The notes beneath the pieces were generated by a model. The model was not told where the DNA came from and made no database searches. It was given only the letters and a program-made list of their open reading frames with translations. 64,000 bases of DNA from Octopus vulgaris (taxonomy: Eukaryota): positions 130,386,001 through 130,450,000 of the forward strand of contig OX597818.1 of the NCBI GenBank assembly GCA_951406725.2, read 5' to 3'. The position numbers and the translations under genes were made by a program. Shown here one piece after another: positions 47,147 through 61,645 of this stretch (position 1 is the first letter of the stretch; every line of letters starts with the position of its first letter).

Positions 47147-47240
47147 CCTCCTTCTTCCCTTCTTTCCTGAGCATCCAATGATACTATATTTGTTCCATGT
47201 CCTCGCGTTGTTGTGTTTTTTTGTGTTTTCTTGTATGGAT

Positions 47241-47295
<55 letters not shown>

Positions 47296-47339
47296 ATATG
47301 TATGTATGTAAATATACATATACGTATACACACACAGAG

Positions 47340-49212
47340 GTATCAGGTAATGAAAGTCACGAATAGGGTCATAGCCCATCTAATTAGTGAAAGAGTTAGT
47401 TTAGATGAGATTCAGTTTGGGTCTGTATCAGGGCCTCATACTCAGAGTGAAAGGTAGACTGTATGATGCATGTATGCAAACAGCCATGCTACAATGCAGT
47501 GAAACATGGGCTGTGACTAATGAGGACATGCATAAACTTGTAAGAAATAAAGCTAGTATGCTCTGCTGGATGTGTAATGTCAGTCTGCATACTCGACAGA
47601 GTGTAAGCGCCTTGAGAGAAAAGTTGGACATAGGAAGCATCAGATGTGGTGTGCAAGAGAGACGACTGTGCTGGTATGGTCATGGGCGAGCTGGCAGAAT
47701 CGTTAGCACGCCGGGCGAAATGCTTTGCGGTATTTCGTCTGCCGCTACGTTCTGAGTTCAAATTCCGCCGAGGTCGACTTTGCCTTTCATCCTTTCGGGG
47801 TCGATAAATAAAGTACCAGTTTCGCATTGGGGTCGATGTAATCGGCTTAATCCGTTTGTCTGTCCTTGTTTGTCCCCTCTATGTTTAGCCCCTTGTGGGT
47901 AGTAAAGAATTAGGTATGGTTATGTGCTGTATATGGATGAGGACAGCTGTGTGAAAAAGTGTCACACCCTAATAGTGGAAGGAACTTGTGGAAGTGGTAG
48001 ACCCAGGAAGACTTGGCATGAGGTGGTGAAGCACGACCTTCGAACATTGGGCCTCACAGAGGCAATGACAAAAGACTGAAACCTTTGGAGGTATGCTGTG
48101 CAAGAGAAGACCCAAGTGAGACTGTAACTGTGGCCTATGCCAATGCAGCATAATCAGCCCATTTAAGAGTCCCCTTCAACCATTGGGCAATAAACTATGT
48201 TTGCCAAGACCTGTTGAGTCAAGTGGTCAAGTGAAGTCATAGTCATGGCTGATGCGAGTACTTATTTCTTTACTACCCACAAGGGGCTAAACACAGAGGA
48301 GACAAACAAGGACAGACAAACGGATTAAGTCGATTATATCGACCCCAGTGTGTAACTGGTACTTATTTAATCGACCCCCTGAAAGGATGAAAGGCAAAGT
48401 CGACCTCGGCGGAATTTGAACTCAGAACGTAGTGGCAGATGAAATACCACTAAGCATTTCACCCGGCGTGCTAACGTTTCTGCCATCTCGCCGCCTTAGC
48501 TGATGCGAGTACTGTCTGACTGGCACTTGTGTTGGTGACATGTAAAAAGCGCCATTTGAGCATGGCCAATGCCACTGCCGCCTGACTGGTCTCATACTGG
48601 TGGCACATATAAAGCATCATTTGAGTGTGGCCATTGCCAATGCTGCCTGACTGGCTCCTGTGCCAGTGGCATATAAAAAGCACCATTCAAGCATGGTTCG
48701 TTACCTGTGCCACCTGACTAGTTCCTGTGCAGGTGGCACATAAAAAGCACCATTTGATCATGGTCGTTACTAGTGCCGCCTGACTGGCCACAATGCCAGA
48801 GGCATGTAAAAAGCACCATTTGAGTGTAGTTCGTTGCCAGTCCCACCTGACTGCTTCCTGTGCTGGTGACACATAAAAAGCACCATTTGAGCACGCTCAT
48901 TGCCAGTGCTACCTGACTGGTTCCTGTGCTGGTGGCATGTAAAAAGCACCGTTTGAGCATGGTCGTTGCCAGTGTCGACTGACTGGCTCCCATGCCAGAG
49001 GCACATAAAAAGCACCATTCAAGCATGTTCGATGACAGCACTGCCTGACTGGCCCTCGTGCTGGTGGCACGTAAAAAGCACCCACTACACACTTGGAGCA
49101 GTTGGCATTAGGAAGGGCATCCAGCTGTAAAAACCTTGCCAGATCAGATTGGAGCCTGGTGCAGCCTTCTGGCTTGCTAGTCCTCAGTCAAATGGTTCAA
49201 CCCATGCCAGCA
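47340..49212 (+). mobile_element. RTE-clade LINE relic with SINE insertions and a ~60-bp tandem repeat in its 3' UTR
   Basis: LRVKGRLYDAC...SETWAV...QERRLCWYGH...GRPRKTW; about 10 copies of a TGACTGG...GTGGCA..TAAAAAGCACCA unit at 48510-49090. Confidence 0.78.
47685..47912 (+). mobile_element. tRNA-derived SINE, family C (other copies ~48260-48497 minus, ~53935-54150, ~57130-57540, ~58885-59030, ~59355-59565)
   Basis: A/B boxes (TGGCAGAATCG, GAGTTCAAATTCC). TSD GGTATGGT(C/T)ATG at 47673-47684 and 47913-47924. Confidence 0.82.
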
Positions 49213-50320
49213 AACATACATACACATACACACACATACACACACACATATGCACACAAACGCACACATACACACATACACACATGAACACATACACGCA
49301 ACTACATGCATATACACACATGCACGTGCATACATGAACAAAAAATGCACATATACCTCCACACAAGCCCTCGTTCACATACACATACACATGCACACAT
49401 ACACATGCACACACATATACACACGCATACACACATGCGCACACACATACACACATATATATATACACATACACGCACATGCATATGAACTCACACACAC
49501 CTCCCATACACACACATGCACACAAATTACACACACACATAAACACACACGCACATACATGCATATATACTCCACTCTTTACAATAACAGTATATGAACA
49601 TCTTAGTCTACTTGACTTCCAACAATTAACAATTGTAATTTGAAGTTGAATGGTTAGCAGTAAGAAAGATGTCCAGATTTGTTAAAAAGTTATTATACAA
49701 AATATTCTGAGAAAAAGTTCTTTTTTCACCACAATAAAACACACACCCACACAGAGGTGTGTCTGTGGTAACTTGAAAGGCTACAAATAGCAGCCAAATC
49801 TCTCTTAGAACACACCCTTTCATCAAAAGAAAGACTCAGGTTTACAGTATGTCAGGAATAGAAAAAAAGGGTCAGCTACGTCAAGGGCAATTCTGGGCTC
49901 AACAAAACAAAGTCAAACATACTTCACATTAAAAGATTATGTACTAACTAACACTAATAAGGTTGATGGTATAACTTCGAAGTTCCATTCCCTGGTAAAA
50001 CTCCATGTATTTTAAACATTTTCTCATTATGCTCTATCTATGACATAGATTGTTCAGGCAGGGTTGCCTCCCTAAGCTAAACACCTCAAAATTGTGCGAC
50101 CTGACTTCGTTTTCGAGGTTATTTTTGTCGTAAAAAAAATTTTGCTGCACAAAACATACTTTATTTGGTACCTCATACATCAAAATTGGCAACTCAGTTT
50201 TCAAATCCATAAGGATTTGTGTATATGCACACATATGCACACAAACTCTGTTTTATATATTAAGATACGTACATACATACATACATAAATACATACATAC
50301 ATACATACATACATAAATAC

Positions 50321-50351
<31 letters not shown>

Positions 50352-51212
50352 CATACATACATACATACATACATACATACATACATACATACATACATAC
50401 ATACATACATAAATACATACATACATATTTCAGTGGCATATTGTGGTTGTTGTCATTGGGTGCACTACCACACTGACCACATTATGACTAACATTAGCTA
50501 AAATTTTGTCACTAACCAGTATATAACCACTGAAAATTAAATTAAAAGTACATATTTCTGTGACTGTAAAAGCATTTAAGCTCATCACTAATTAAATTTT
50601 AAATAAAATGCCTACACACACAACTAAGAAAAATCACAAAATTCACTGAGCAAAATATCAATGCGCAACCTTTCACATCGAACCATTTCCAGTGACTAAA
50701 CACAAAACAGCTGACACTGCTCTAACTTGTAGTGTTTGGTGCACTAATAGCGTCAGAATTTGACCTGACTTAAGTTTTGTTTCTGACTTCTGAAAATGTA
50801 TTATTAGTTTTGAAAACAAATTAAGATCAAAGATATATGATGATATTGTAAGAAAAAAAATATTGTAAAAAGATTAGTCTTAGTTTAGGAATTTTAAATT
50901 AACTTAAGTAAACATGCAACTCTGCTGTCAAGCTGCCACATACCCTTTGCCAACAATTTTTCACCATTCTCCCATTATCCTATGATATGTCTGATACCAT
51001 ATTATGATTCAATGCACTGTGAATGAAGTGTGTAGTGTTATTTCAGGACACACACCACCAAATTTCAAAATTTTTGCATCATGATTTGTGATTAAATTAA
51101 TGAGTAAGGTTAATGTTTATAATGAATTTGCCATTTTCCATGAGTGCAATGCACACCTGGAATATACACCCCTGATATATATGTACATATTCATCTATAT
51201 ATATATATATAT

Positions 51213-51630
51213 AGGTGCAGGAGTGGCTGTGTGGTAAGTAGCTTGTTTACCAACCACATGGTTCCGGGTTCAGTCCCACTGCATGGCACCTTGGGCAAGT
51301 GCCTTCTACTATAGCCTTGGGCCGACCAAAGCCTTGTGAGTGGATTTGGTAGACGGAAACTGAAAGAAGCCTGTCATGTATGTGTATATATATATATATG
51401 TGTGTGTGTGTGTTTGTGTCTGTGTTTGTCCTCCTAGCATTGCTTGACAACCGATGCTGGTGTGTTTATGTCCCCGTCACTTAGCAGTTCGGCAAAAGAG
51501 ACCGATAGAATAAGTACTGGGCTTACAAAGAATAAGTCTTGAGGTCGAGTTGCTCGATTAAAGGTGGTGCTCCAGCATGGCCGCAGTCAAAATGACTGAA
51601 ACAAGTAAAAAGAGAAAAAGAGAAAGAAAG
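51213..51630 (+). mobile_element. tRNA-derived SINE, family A
   Basis: TGGCTGTGTGGT A box, GGGTTCAGTCCC B box, internal (TA)/(TG) tract and A-rich tail; multiple copies in the window. Confidence 0.8.
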
Positions 51631-51914
51631 AGATATACATATACACACAACGAACTTCTTTCAGTTTTCATTTATCAAATTCATTCACTAGGCTTTGGTC
51701 AGCTTGAAGCTACAGTAGAAGACATTTGCGCCCCAGGTGCCATGCAGTGAGATTGAACCCAGAACAGCAGCAACATCAGTATCATCAACATCATTGTCTA
51801 CATCCTTGAAACTAAGCAGTTAAAAAGTAAAATAAATACTACAGTTGGCTTGTTTATATATATATGCATGTATAATTAAATTATAAATAGGATATACATA
51901 TGTATATATATATT

Positions 51915-52124
51915 CTTTAATTTGTTTCAGTCATTTGACTGTGACCATGCTGGAGCACCGCCTTTTAGTTGAACAAATCAACCCCAGGACTTATTTTTTG
52001 TAAGCCTAGAACTTATTCTATTGGTCTCTTTGCTGAACCGCTAAGTTATGGGGACGTAAACACACCAGCATCGGCTGTCAAGCGATTGTGAGGGCGGGGA
52101 GACTAATACAGACACACAAACACA

Positions 52125-52166
<42 letters not shown>

Positions 52167-52328
52167 ACAGGCTTCTTTCAGTTTCTGTCTACTAAATCCA
52201 CTCACAAGGCTTTGGTCAGCCTAAGGCTTTAGTAGAAGACACTTGCTGAAGGTGCTATGCAGTGGGACTGAACCCGGAACCATGTGGTTGGTAAGCAAGC
52301 TTCTTACCACACAGCCACTCCTGTGCCT
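51915..52328 (-). mobile_element. tRNA-derived SINE, family A
   Basis: Reverse complement of 51213-51630. Confidence 0.8.
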
Positions 52329-52337
52329 ATATATGAG

Positions 52338-52475
<138 letters not shown>

Positions 52476-55049
52476 CACATATATATATATATATGAATGT
52501 GTTACTTTTAGTCCCTCTGCTATCTCCTCCTCCTTCTCCTCCTCTACTTCATTCTCCTCTTCTTATTGCTAAAGCTGATTCCTACTGATGGCTACCAATT
52601 TAGTGACTTCCCTCAAAACTCACATTCTTTTACCACACCATTGTGCAATGGCTTGAGACAAACCTATAAGCATTCACCTCCCACCTACTAAAATTTCTGC
52701 AGCCAACACCACTCTGACCTTTGTAAAAGTCACAGCTAGTACAATGACCACCACGATGACCACTACCACCACCACCACCACCACCACTACCATCACTACT
52801 TTTTCCTCTGCTATTACAACTATCACAATAATAAATATTACTACTGGCAAGAATGTGAAAGTGGCTGCCACCACCACCAGCACCACCAGCACCACCACCA
52901 GCGCCACCACCAGCACCACCACCAGCACCACCACCAGCACCACCACCAACAACAACAGTTTCTACTTGTATTACAATGACTGGAAGGAATTTCTAAGTGG
53001 TCAACTGGCCTGCTAGAAATAGCAACCATATTTGCCTTGAACAATATCCTACCATCCTACACTGTTTTAAAATAAAATGGATTGCCATGGCGGGAATGCT
53101 TTGATCATAGATCTTTCTGCCTGATCAGAACTTGTCTGGGTCTAAGCAATGACGATTGTGTACACGATCAACAACAACAACAACTGCTTCTACTTGTATT
53201 ACAATGACTACAGAAAGCCTCTATGTGGTCATCTGGCCTGCAAGAAATGGCAACCAAATTTGCCTCAGTCAACATCTTACCATCGTACAAACAAAATATA
53301 GAAATAATGTAGACCCAGATAGACTGTTTTAAAATAAAATGGATTGCCATGGCAGGAATGCTTTGAACATACATCCTTCTGCCTGATCAGAACTGACCTG
53401 GGTCTGTACAACAGCAATTACAACAGTATTAACCAATAAGGGAGTTTCTACAATGTGGTTTGACTAGCTAGAAATAGCAGCCAAATCTCCATCAAATAGC
53501 ATCTGACAATATTATAATAGAAGGACAGGATTCATTAAAGGCAAGCTGCTCATGGTTTTGATTACAGATCTGCTTGCTCAACAGGGTTGATCTAGTATCA
53601 AACAACTACAACAGCAACATGAGCCTCTACTTGGTCATTTGCCCTGCTAGAAATAACAACCGAATCTCCCTAGATTCACACCCTGTTGTTATAAAACAAG
53701 ACATACTGAATAATGGTAGTTCAAGATACATTTTTCAGAAAATACGACTGGATTAATCAGAGACAGAATGCTTTTGATCATAAGTCATCTTGACTAAAGG
53801 CTGACCAGTGGGTAAACAACAATAAATCTTTGGGACTGATTTGCTAGAAATAGTAGTCAGATATCCCTCTGAACATACCCCCATGATCTTAAATACACAA
53901 GATTACAATGGACAATATATATGGACCATATAACGGCAGAAACGTTAGCACGCTGGGCGAAATGCGTAGCTGTATTTCGTCTGTCATTACGTTCTGAGTT
54001 CAAATTCCGCCGAGGTCGACTTTGCCTTTCATCCTTTCGGGGTTGATAAATTAAGTACCAGTTACGCACTGGGGTCAATGTAAACAACTTAATACCTATG
54101 TCTGTCCTTGTTTGTCCCCTATATGTTTAGCCCCTTGTGGGTAGTAAAGAAACAAATATATATGGACCATGATATATGTACAAAAATATGAGATGGTCAA
54201 GGCTGGTGTGCCTTTGACCACAAGCCTACACAGACCTATCAGAAGTGACCAGGGGCTAAGAAACAACAACATTGTAAAACTACTTATTTCCAATCATATA
54301 ACTTGACCACCACCACCACCACCACCACCACCACCTACCACAACTTCAACTACCAATACTACTACTTTTATCATTAATACTACTACAACCTCCCAAATGG
54401 TGGTTGCGGTAACAGTAATGCTAGTAGTATGACTAACAAACACTACAACCAATACACAACATAACCACCAACAACACTAAAGGCAGAATGATTACAGTTA
54501 TGACCCTATATACCACTACTACAACTACTACTATCACTAATACCAATACAACCGGAAACTGAAAGAAGCCCGTCATATATATATATTCTTTTATTCCTTT
54601 AGTCTTTTACTTGTTTCAGGCAGTTGACAGCGGCCATGCTGGAGCACTGCCTCGAAGGGTTTTTAGTCAAACAAATCAAGCACAGGACTTAGTCTTTGTA
54701 AACCTAGTACTTATTCTGTCAGTGTCTTTTGCCGAACTGCTAAGTTATGGGGATGTAAACACACCAACACCCGTTGTCAAGTGTTGGTGGTGATAAACAC
54801 AAATACAAAGGCACTCACACCAACCAATACTGTTTGAAAACTGGTATTGGTGTGTTTACGTCCCCATAACTTAACAGTTCAGTAAAAAAAGACTGACAGA
54901 ATAAGTTTTAGGCTGAAAAAAATAAAAGTCCTGGGGTGGATTTGTGTGACTAAAAAAAAAAAACCTTCAAGGCAGTACTCCAGCATGGCCACAGTCAAAT
55001 GACTGAAACAAATAAAAGATTAAAAAAACCAGCTGTATTAATACTACTT

Positions 55050-56251
55050 GTACCACCACCACCACCACCACCACCACCACCACCACCACCACTACTACTA
55101 TTACCTCTTTCTCACCACTGTTAATACTACGATTTCAGATTCATAATAGTACAACTATTATTATAGTAATGTTAATACTAATACTACAAATACTACTACT
55201 ATTAACTCCTTTACTACTGCTGCCATCACAACCACAACCACCACCACTACCACTACCATCACCATAAATGCCTCCAATACCACAAACACCAGAAATCCTC
55301 ACCACCACCGCCACCACCACCACCACCACCACCACCACCACCGTCACCTTCCATTCCACTGCAATTTCCAACACTTACAGTAAGTATTACTACTATTGCC
55401 GTCTTCACCCCACCCCCACCCCCGTCCAACCATCACCTCCATACTACTACAACCGTTACTGCCACCGCCACCACCACCACCACCATCATCACTGCCACCG
55501 CCTTTACAAGTATTACCTCTTACTATCACTGTCACCACCACCACCATCACCACCTCTGTAACCACAGTCATAACCACAATCACCACAGCCTTGCCCACAG
55601 TCACTCCTACTGTAGCCACCACCACCACCACCACCACTACCACCAACAACACCAATACTACTGCATCTACTATTACATTCTGTACAAACATGTCCACACA
55701 ATGACCAATGCAACTTCCACCAACGCCACAATTACCCCCTACCCACTACCACCACCACCACTATCACCACCGCCATCACCACATCACCACACACTAATTC
55801 AGTGACTACTAAAACTACAACTCCTCTTGCCCTGCCCTGCCCTGCCCTGCTCTGCCCTGTCCTTCCCCCCCCCCCACCTTACCCTCACAGTGGCCACTAA
55901 TGCCAATACCACTTCTATTGTTTCTTCTTATTTGACCATCAGGCGCCATAGCAACTGCCTCCACTAGCTGCATTATCAGTATCATCATCATCATTATCAT
56001 CATCATCATCATCATCACCACTGCCATCGCATACATTCCCTTTCACTCACCACCACCACCACCACCACCACCACCACCACCACCACCACCACTGCCACCA
56101 GTATTCATACTAATACCACACAGCTTCTCACCATCACCAACCAACACTACCACTACCACTACCAAACCAACATTGCAAGACTATTAGTAATAACAGCTCC
56201 TTTCCTATATAACTGTCCCTACCTATAATACCATTATTCTTCACACAGAAA

Positions 56252-56283
<32 letters not shown>

Positions 56284-56315
56284 ACTACTTACTACTTACT
56301 ACTACTGCTACTGCA
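55050..56315. repeat. (CCA)n/(CTA)n low-complexity region
   Basis: Direct inspection. Confidence 0.85.
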
Positions 56316-56654
56316 TATTTGGAGACTTTGAGAATTGGTAAATGCCAGACATACTTTTCTGACCTATTGCTTTTACAAGTTCAATTCTTTCTGCAGTTGA
56401 CTCAAAAGATTTATCCTTTGGTGGCAGTGGTGCTGCTGGTGATCGTGGTCAATAAAAAGGAATACCAGTCACATATTAGTATTGATGTAATTAATTAATC
56501 AGTTTTTTTTACCTCCAGCAACTACAAAAAAAAAAAAAATGAAAGAAATGCCAAAAAAAAAAAACAAACTAATAATTCTACTTGAGTACTAGGATTGATG
56601 TAATCAACTTATCCCCTTTCCCAAAACTGCTGGCCTTGTGCCAAAATTCGAAAC

Positions 56655-57080
56655 TATTATTATTATTATTATTATTATTATTGAGTGAGAGAGCAGTTCA
56701 TGCCATCAAAGTGACACTGGGGTAAAAATTACGAAGCCCAGTATACCCATCATGACTACCCGTCTGATAAGGGTACACCAGGCACATGCATCACAACCAT
56801 TTGTGCGCGACGTGGTGATCTCATATCAAGATAAACAGCACATGACCTTGCAGGTGGGGCCCAGTTAGAATTTTCTTCAGGCTGAGTAGCCCATCCCGCT
56901 CAAAAGGTCCCTGAATAAGGGTTGTTTAAGGATGTTGAAAGAACTACCCATGTTTCCAGAGGTGAATTATTCAAACCCCAGAGAATCCCTCTCAACACAT
57001 GGCTATGATGCTCCCCCACTACTTCTGCTCGTGATCAGAGATGCACATATCGTCAGCCACTAAGGGACATGCTCAACTGG
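56655..57080 (-). mobile_element. (TAA)n-associated interspersed repeat, probably a non-LTR 3' UTR or SINE (copies 59030-59283 minus, 60660-61252 plus)
   Basis: Three near-identical copies, each ending CTGCTCTCTCACTCAA(TAA)n. Confidence 0.7.
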
Positions 57081-57561
57081 TTTATTATTATTATTATTAT
57101 TATTATTGTTGTTGTTGTTGTTAAGGAAGGTGGCAAGCTGGGTGAAATGCTTAGCGGTATTTTGTCTGCCCCTACATTCTGGGTTCAAATTCCGCTGAGG
57201 TCGGCTTTGCCTTTCATCCTTTCAGGGTTGATAAATTAAGTACCAGCTGAGTACTGGGGTCGATGCTATCGATTATCCCCCTCCTCCAAATTTCAGGCTT
57301 TGTGCCTATAGTAGAAAGAATTATCATTATTAAGGCTGTGAGATGGCTGAATCGTTAGCATGCTGGTCGAAATGCGTAGCAGTATTTAGTCTGTCTTCGT
57401 GTTCTGAGTTCAAATTCTGCTGAAGTTAACTTTGCCTTTCATCCTTTTGGGGTCGATAAATTAAGTACCAATGAAACACTTGGGTCACTGTAATTTACTA
57501 GTCCTCTCCCCCACCAGGCCTCGTGCCTTTAGTAGAAAAGATGACTATTATTAGTATCAGT

Positions 57562-57946
57562 GGAAGCACTCCGTCGGTTGCGACGATGAGGGTTCCGGTT
57601 GATCCGAATCAACGGAACAGCCTGCTCGTGAAATTAACGTGTAAGTGGCTGAGCACTCCACAGACACGTGCACCCTTAACATAGTTCTCGGGGATATTCA
57701 GCGTGACACAGAGAGTGACAAGACCGGCCCTTTGAAATACAGGTACGACAGAAACAGGAAGTAAGAGTGAGAGAAAGTTGTGGTGAAAGAGTACAGCAGG
57801 GATCACCACCATCCCCTGCCGGAGCCTCGTGGAGCTTTTAGGTGTTTACGCTCAATAAACACTCACAACGCCCGGTCTGGGAATCGAAACCGTGATCCTA
57901 TGACCGCGAGTCCGCTGCCCTAACCACTGAGCCATTGCGCCTCCAC
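57562..57946 (-). mobile_element. tRNA-derived SINE, family B
   Basis: 15-bp TSD ATTATTAGTATCAGT at 57547-57561 and 57947-57961. Confidence 0.88.
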
Positions 57947-58213
57947 ATTATTAGTATCAGTATTATTATTAAGGTAGAGTACTGGGAGAACCGTTAGCAT
58001 AGTAGACAAGATGCTTAACGGCATTTTCATCTGTCTATATTCTGAGTTTGAGGTTAATAAAATAAGTACCAGCTGAGCATATATGCCTTGAAGAGATAGT
58101 ACAAAGAAGAAAGTACATTTTTGTCCAGTAAGAGACAACACCTCTCTAGTGTCGTTTGTTGTGATAAAGTGCACTTAGTATGCTCTATACTATATTCAAT
58201 AGTAGGTATAGAA

Positions 58214-58598
58214 GTGGAGGCGCAATGGCCCAGTGGTTAGGGCAGCGGACTCGCAGTCATAGGATTGCGGTTTCGATTCTCAGACTGGGCGTTGTGAGTG
58301 TTTATTGAGCGAAAACACCTAAAAGCTCCACGAGGCTCCAGCAGGGGATGGTGGTGATCCCTGCTGTATTCTTTCACCACAACTTTCTCTCACTCTTACT
58401 TCCTGTTTCTGTTGTACCTGTATTTCAAGGGGCCGGCCTTGTCACTTTCTGTGTCAAGCTGAATATCCCCGAGAACTACGTTAAGGGTACACGTGTCTGT
58501 GGAGTGCTCAGCCACTGACACGTTAATTTCACGAGCAGGCTGTTCTGTTGATTCAGATCAACCGGAACCCTCATCATTGTAACTGACGGAGTGCTTCC
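58214..58598 (+). mobile_element. tRNA-derived SINE, family B
   Basis: 10-bp TSD AGGTATAGAA at 58204-58213 and 58599-58608. Confidence 0.88.
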
Positions 58599-59282
58599 AG
58601 GTATAGAAACAGAGGCAGAATAGGATAGAGAGAACTCATTAGTCTTATTGAGAACATGACAAACTTCTTGGTACTGGTGTTATGTTAAAAATGTGTTCAG
58701 TGCACTCTGTAGAGTGGTTTACATTAAGCAGAGCATTCACCTTCGGAAACCATGCCAAAATCAAAATGTATGAGAAAGATGTGCCACTTAGGAAAGTAGT
58801 GACACCAAATAAGAATTAATGTTAAACCTGTACCAGCAAAGGAAGCAAATGCGAAATGATGATGATGATGACGATGATGGTTTTCATGTTCTGAGTTCAA
58901 ATTCCACTGAGGTCAACTTTTCCTTTCATCATTGTGGGGTCAATAAATTAAGTACCAGTTGAGTGCTGGGGTTGAATTAATTGATTTACTTCTCTCCCAA
59001 AATTTCAGGCATTGTGTCTATAGCAGAAAGTATTATTATTATTATTATTGAGTGAGAGAGCAGTGCATGCCATCAAAGTGACACTGGGGTAAAATATACG
59101 AAGCCCAATATACCCATCATGACTACCCGTCTGATAAGGGTACACCAGGCATATGCATCACAACCATATGTGCGCGACATGGTGATCTCATATGAAGATA
59201 AACAGCACATGACCTTGCAGGTGGGGCCCAGTTAGAATTTTCTTCAGGTTGAGTAGCCCATCCCGCTCAAAAGGTCCCTGAA

Positions 59283-59354
<72 letters not shown>

Positions 59355-60282
59355 AGTGGCAAGCTGGCAGAATCATTAGCACATCATGCAAAATGCTTAT
59401 CAGTATTTCATCTGCTTTCACATTCTGAGTTCAAATTCCACTGAGGTCAGCTTTGCCTTTTATCCTTTCCGGGTCAATAAAATAAGTACCAGTTGAGTAC
59501 TGGGGTCAATGTAATTGACTGTCCCCTTCCTCCAAATTTCAGGCTTTGTGCCTATAGCAGAAAGGATTATTATTATTATTATCATTATTATTATAATATC
59601 CTGATTTCAAACCCCTTAAAGGTCAGCTGTGCCTGTCATCATTCTGGGTTTCCTATAATAAGTAGCAATCAAGTACTGGATCAATTTAATTGATTATGGA
59701 CCTTGTCACAACGATCTTGTCTTGTACCAATGATAAACATTCTTACAATCATCTCACTATCTTCCTCTGCTTGAGAAAAATGCTTTGTTTCCATCTGTTT
59801 GATGGCTACAATGAAAGAGGCTTTGTGGTGGAGGTGACTGAAGACTTAGGTCAGATACTTTCCTTTTCAGCCAAGCCTTCAATTGAATTTTTTTTTCAAA
59901 TCCCATTTTAAGAGCACAGTGAAGGTGAAGAAAGAGGTGGTGCTGTCCACCAGTAAATCTGTTGAAAGTTGGGGGAGAGTAGGGAGTACAGCTCAAAAGA
60001 ATGAGCCTGGAGTGTGTCTGAAGACCATGGAATAGAACTAAGAGAGGGCACCTATGTTTGCTTGTCAGAGTAATTTTGGATCTGTAGGTCCTTCTTTCAA
60101 TGGCTCTAGGTCAATGTTTCTTATGAGGGGAAGGTAAGACCTCAAGAGAGGCCAATAAGGATTGAAAAGGGTCAGATAAACTAACATTTTTAATGAAATT
60201 AAGAGGGTTTTAGATGTATTGAAACTTGTCCAACACCATGAAAAACGAAGTGCACAGAGTCAAAGTATAATATATATATTAA

Positions 60283-60350
<68 letters not shown>

Positions 60351-60398
60351 TAAAACTTACTTAGAAGTGGATGTGTGCGTTCTATCATAATATTTTGT

Positions 60399-60442
<44 letters not shown>

Positions 60443-61215
60443 ATATATTGTATTTTGGGTGGGAACTGGTATTTACCAATTTGAGACCTACTAGGTGACA
60501 GACATTCTCTAAGAACTATCAAATAATTGTATATTATTGCATTTTTTATTTGTTTGGCTTTAGTCTTCCAACCACCACACATATTTGTCACATATCCTGT
60601 AATATCTTCCTAGTCATTAACTGATTGGAAGTGTCATCATGTACATTGTTTTGTCTTGGATGCCCTGATGCAGTACCAAGCAGTGGCTCTCATGGCTTCT
60701 GATCTTAACTGATTGGAAGTGTCATCATGCACATTGTTTTGTCTTCGTATAAAAGATAGGCTACAGCAAATATTCTGCTCAATACCACAGATTTGCTTGT
60801 CAGTTGTTTGACTTTAACCAGTTGAGCATGTCCCTTAGTGGCTGACAATACGTGCATCTCTGATCACGAGCAGAAGTAGTGGGGGAGCATCATAGCCATG
60901 TGTTGAGAGGGATTCTTTGGAGTTTGAATAATTCTCCTCTGAAAACATAGGTGTTTCGTTCAACATCCTAAAGCAACCCTTATTCAGGGACCTTTTGAGC
61001 AGGATGGGCTACTCGACCTGAAGAAAATTCTAACTGACCCCCACCTGCAAGATCATGTGCTGTTTATCTTGATATGAGATCACCATGTCGCGCACATATG
61101 GTTGTGATGCATGTGCCTGGTGTAACTTTATCAGACGGGTAGTCATGATGGGTATGCTGGGCTTCGTATATTTTACCCCAGTGTCACTCAGATGGCATGC
61201 ACTGCTCTCTCACTC

Positions 61216-61254
<39 letters not shown>

Positions 61255-61367
61255 TTTATTTCTTTATTGCCCATAGGGGGCTAAACAGAGAGGGGACAAA
61301 CAAGGACAGACAAAGGGATTAAGTTGATTACATCGACCCCAGTGCGTAACTGGTACTTAATTTTTGA

Positions 61368-61645
61368 CCCCGGATATTATTATAAAAGATCAGACAAAAA
61401 AGATGTGTTTATTAATTGACATGAGTACTCCTTGCGATCACAATATAGCGGCAAATGAATTTGACAAGATCAGCAAATATAAAGACTTGCTAATAGAAAT
61501 TGAAAAAATGTGGCATCTCAAGGTGACTACAGTACCAGTGATTGTAGGATCTCTAGGAATAATAAAAAAAAGGTACTGAAACCTATTTGAAAATGATACC
61601 AGGCTTGCCATCCCTACAGGAAGTGCAAAAAATCGTATTAACTAG
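61368..61645 (+). mobile_element. Dong/R4-type REL endonuclease fragment
   Basis: PDIIIKD...CLLIDMSTP...KISKYKDL.IEIEKMW...VPVIVGSLG. Confidence 0.72.

Noticed and set aside
50431-51173. Possible hAT-like TIRs (CAGTGGCATATT ... AATATACACCCCTG)
   Set aside because: The match is imperfect and there is no clear TSD.
52674-56036. Thr/Pro-rich mucin-like ORFs (also Gly/Val-rich ORFs at 42673-42954 and 63189-63856)
   Set aside because: (CCA)n/(GGT)n low complexity, open in several frames, with no signal peptide or exon support.
58214-58290. tRNA-like A/B boxes
   Set aside because: These are heads of SINEs with long bodies and TSDs, not tRNA genes.
59690-60240. Possible decayed LINE or exon in more complex sequence
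   Set aside because: I could not recover a convincing motif by eye; it needs a translated search.
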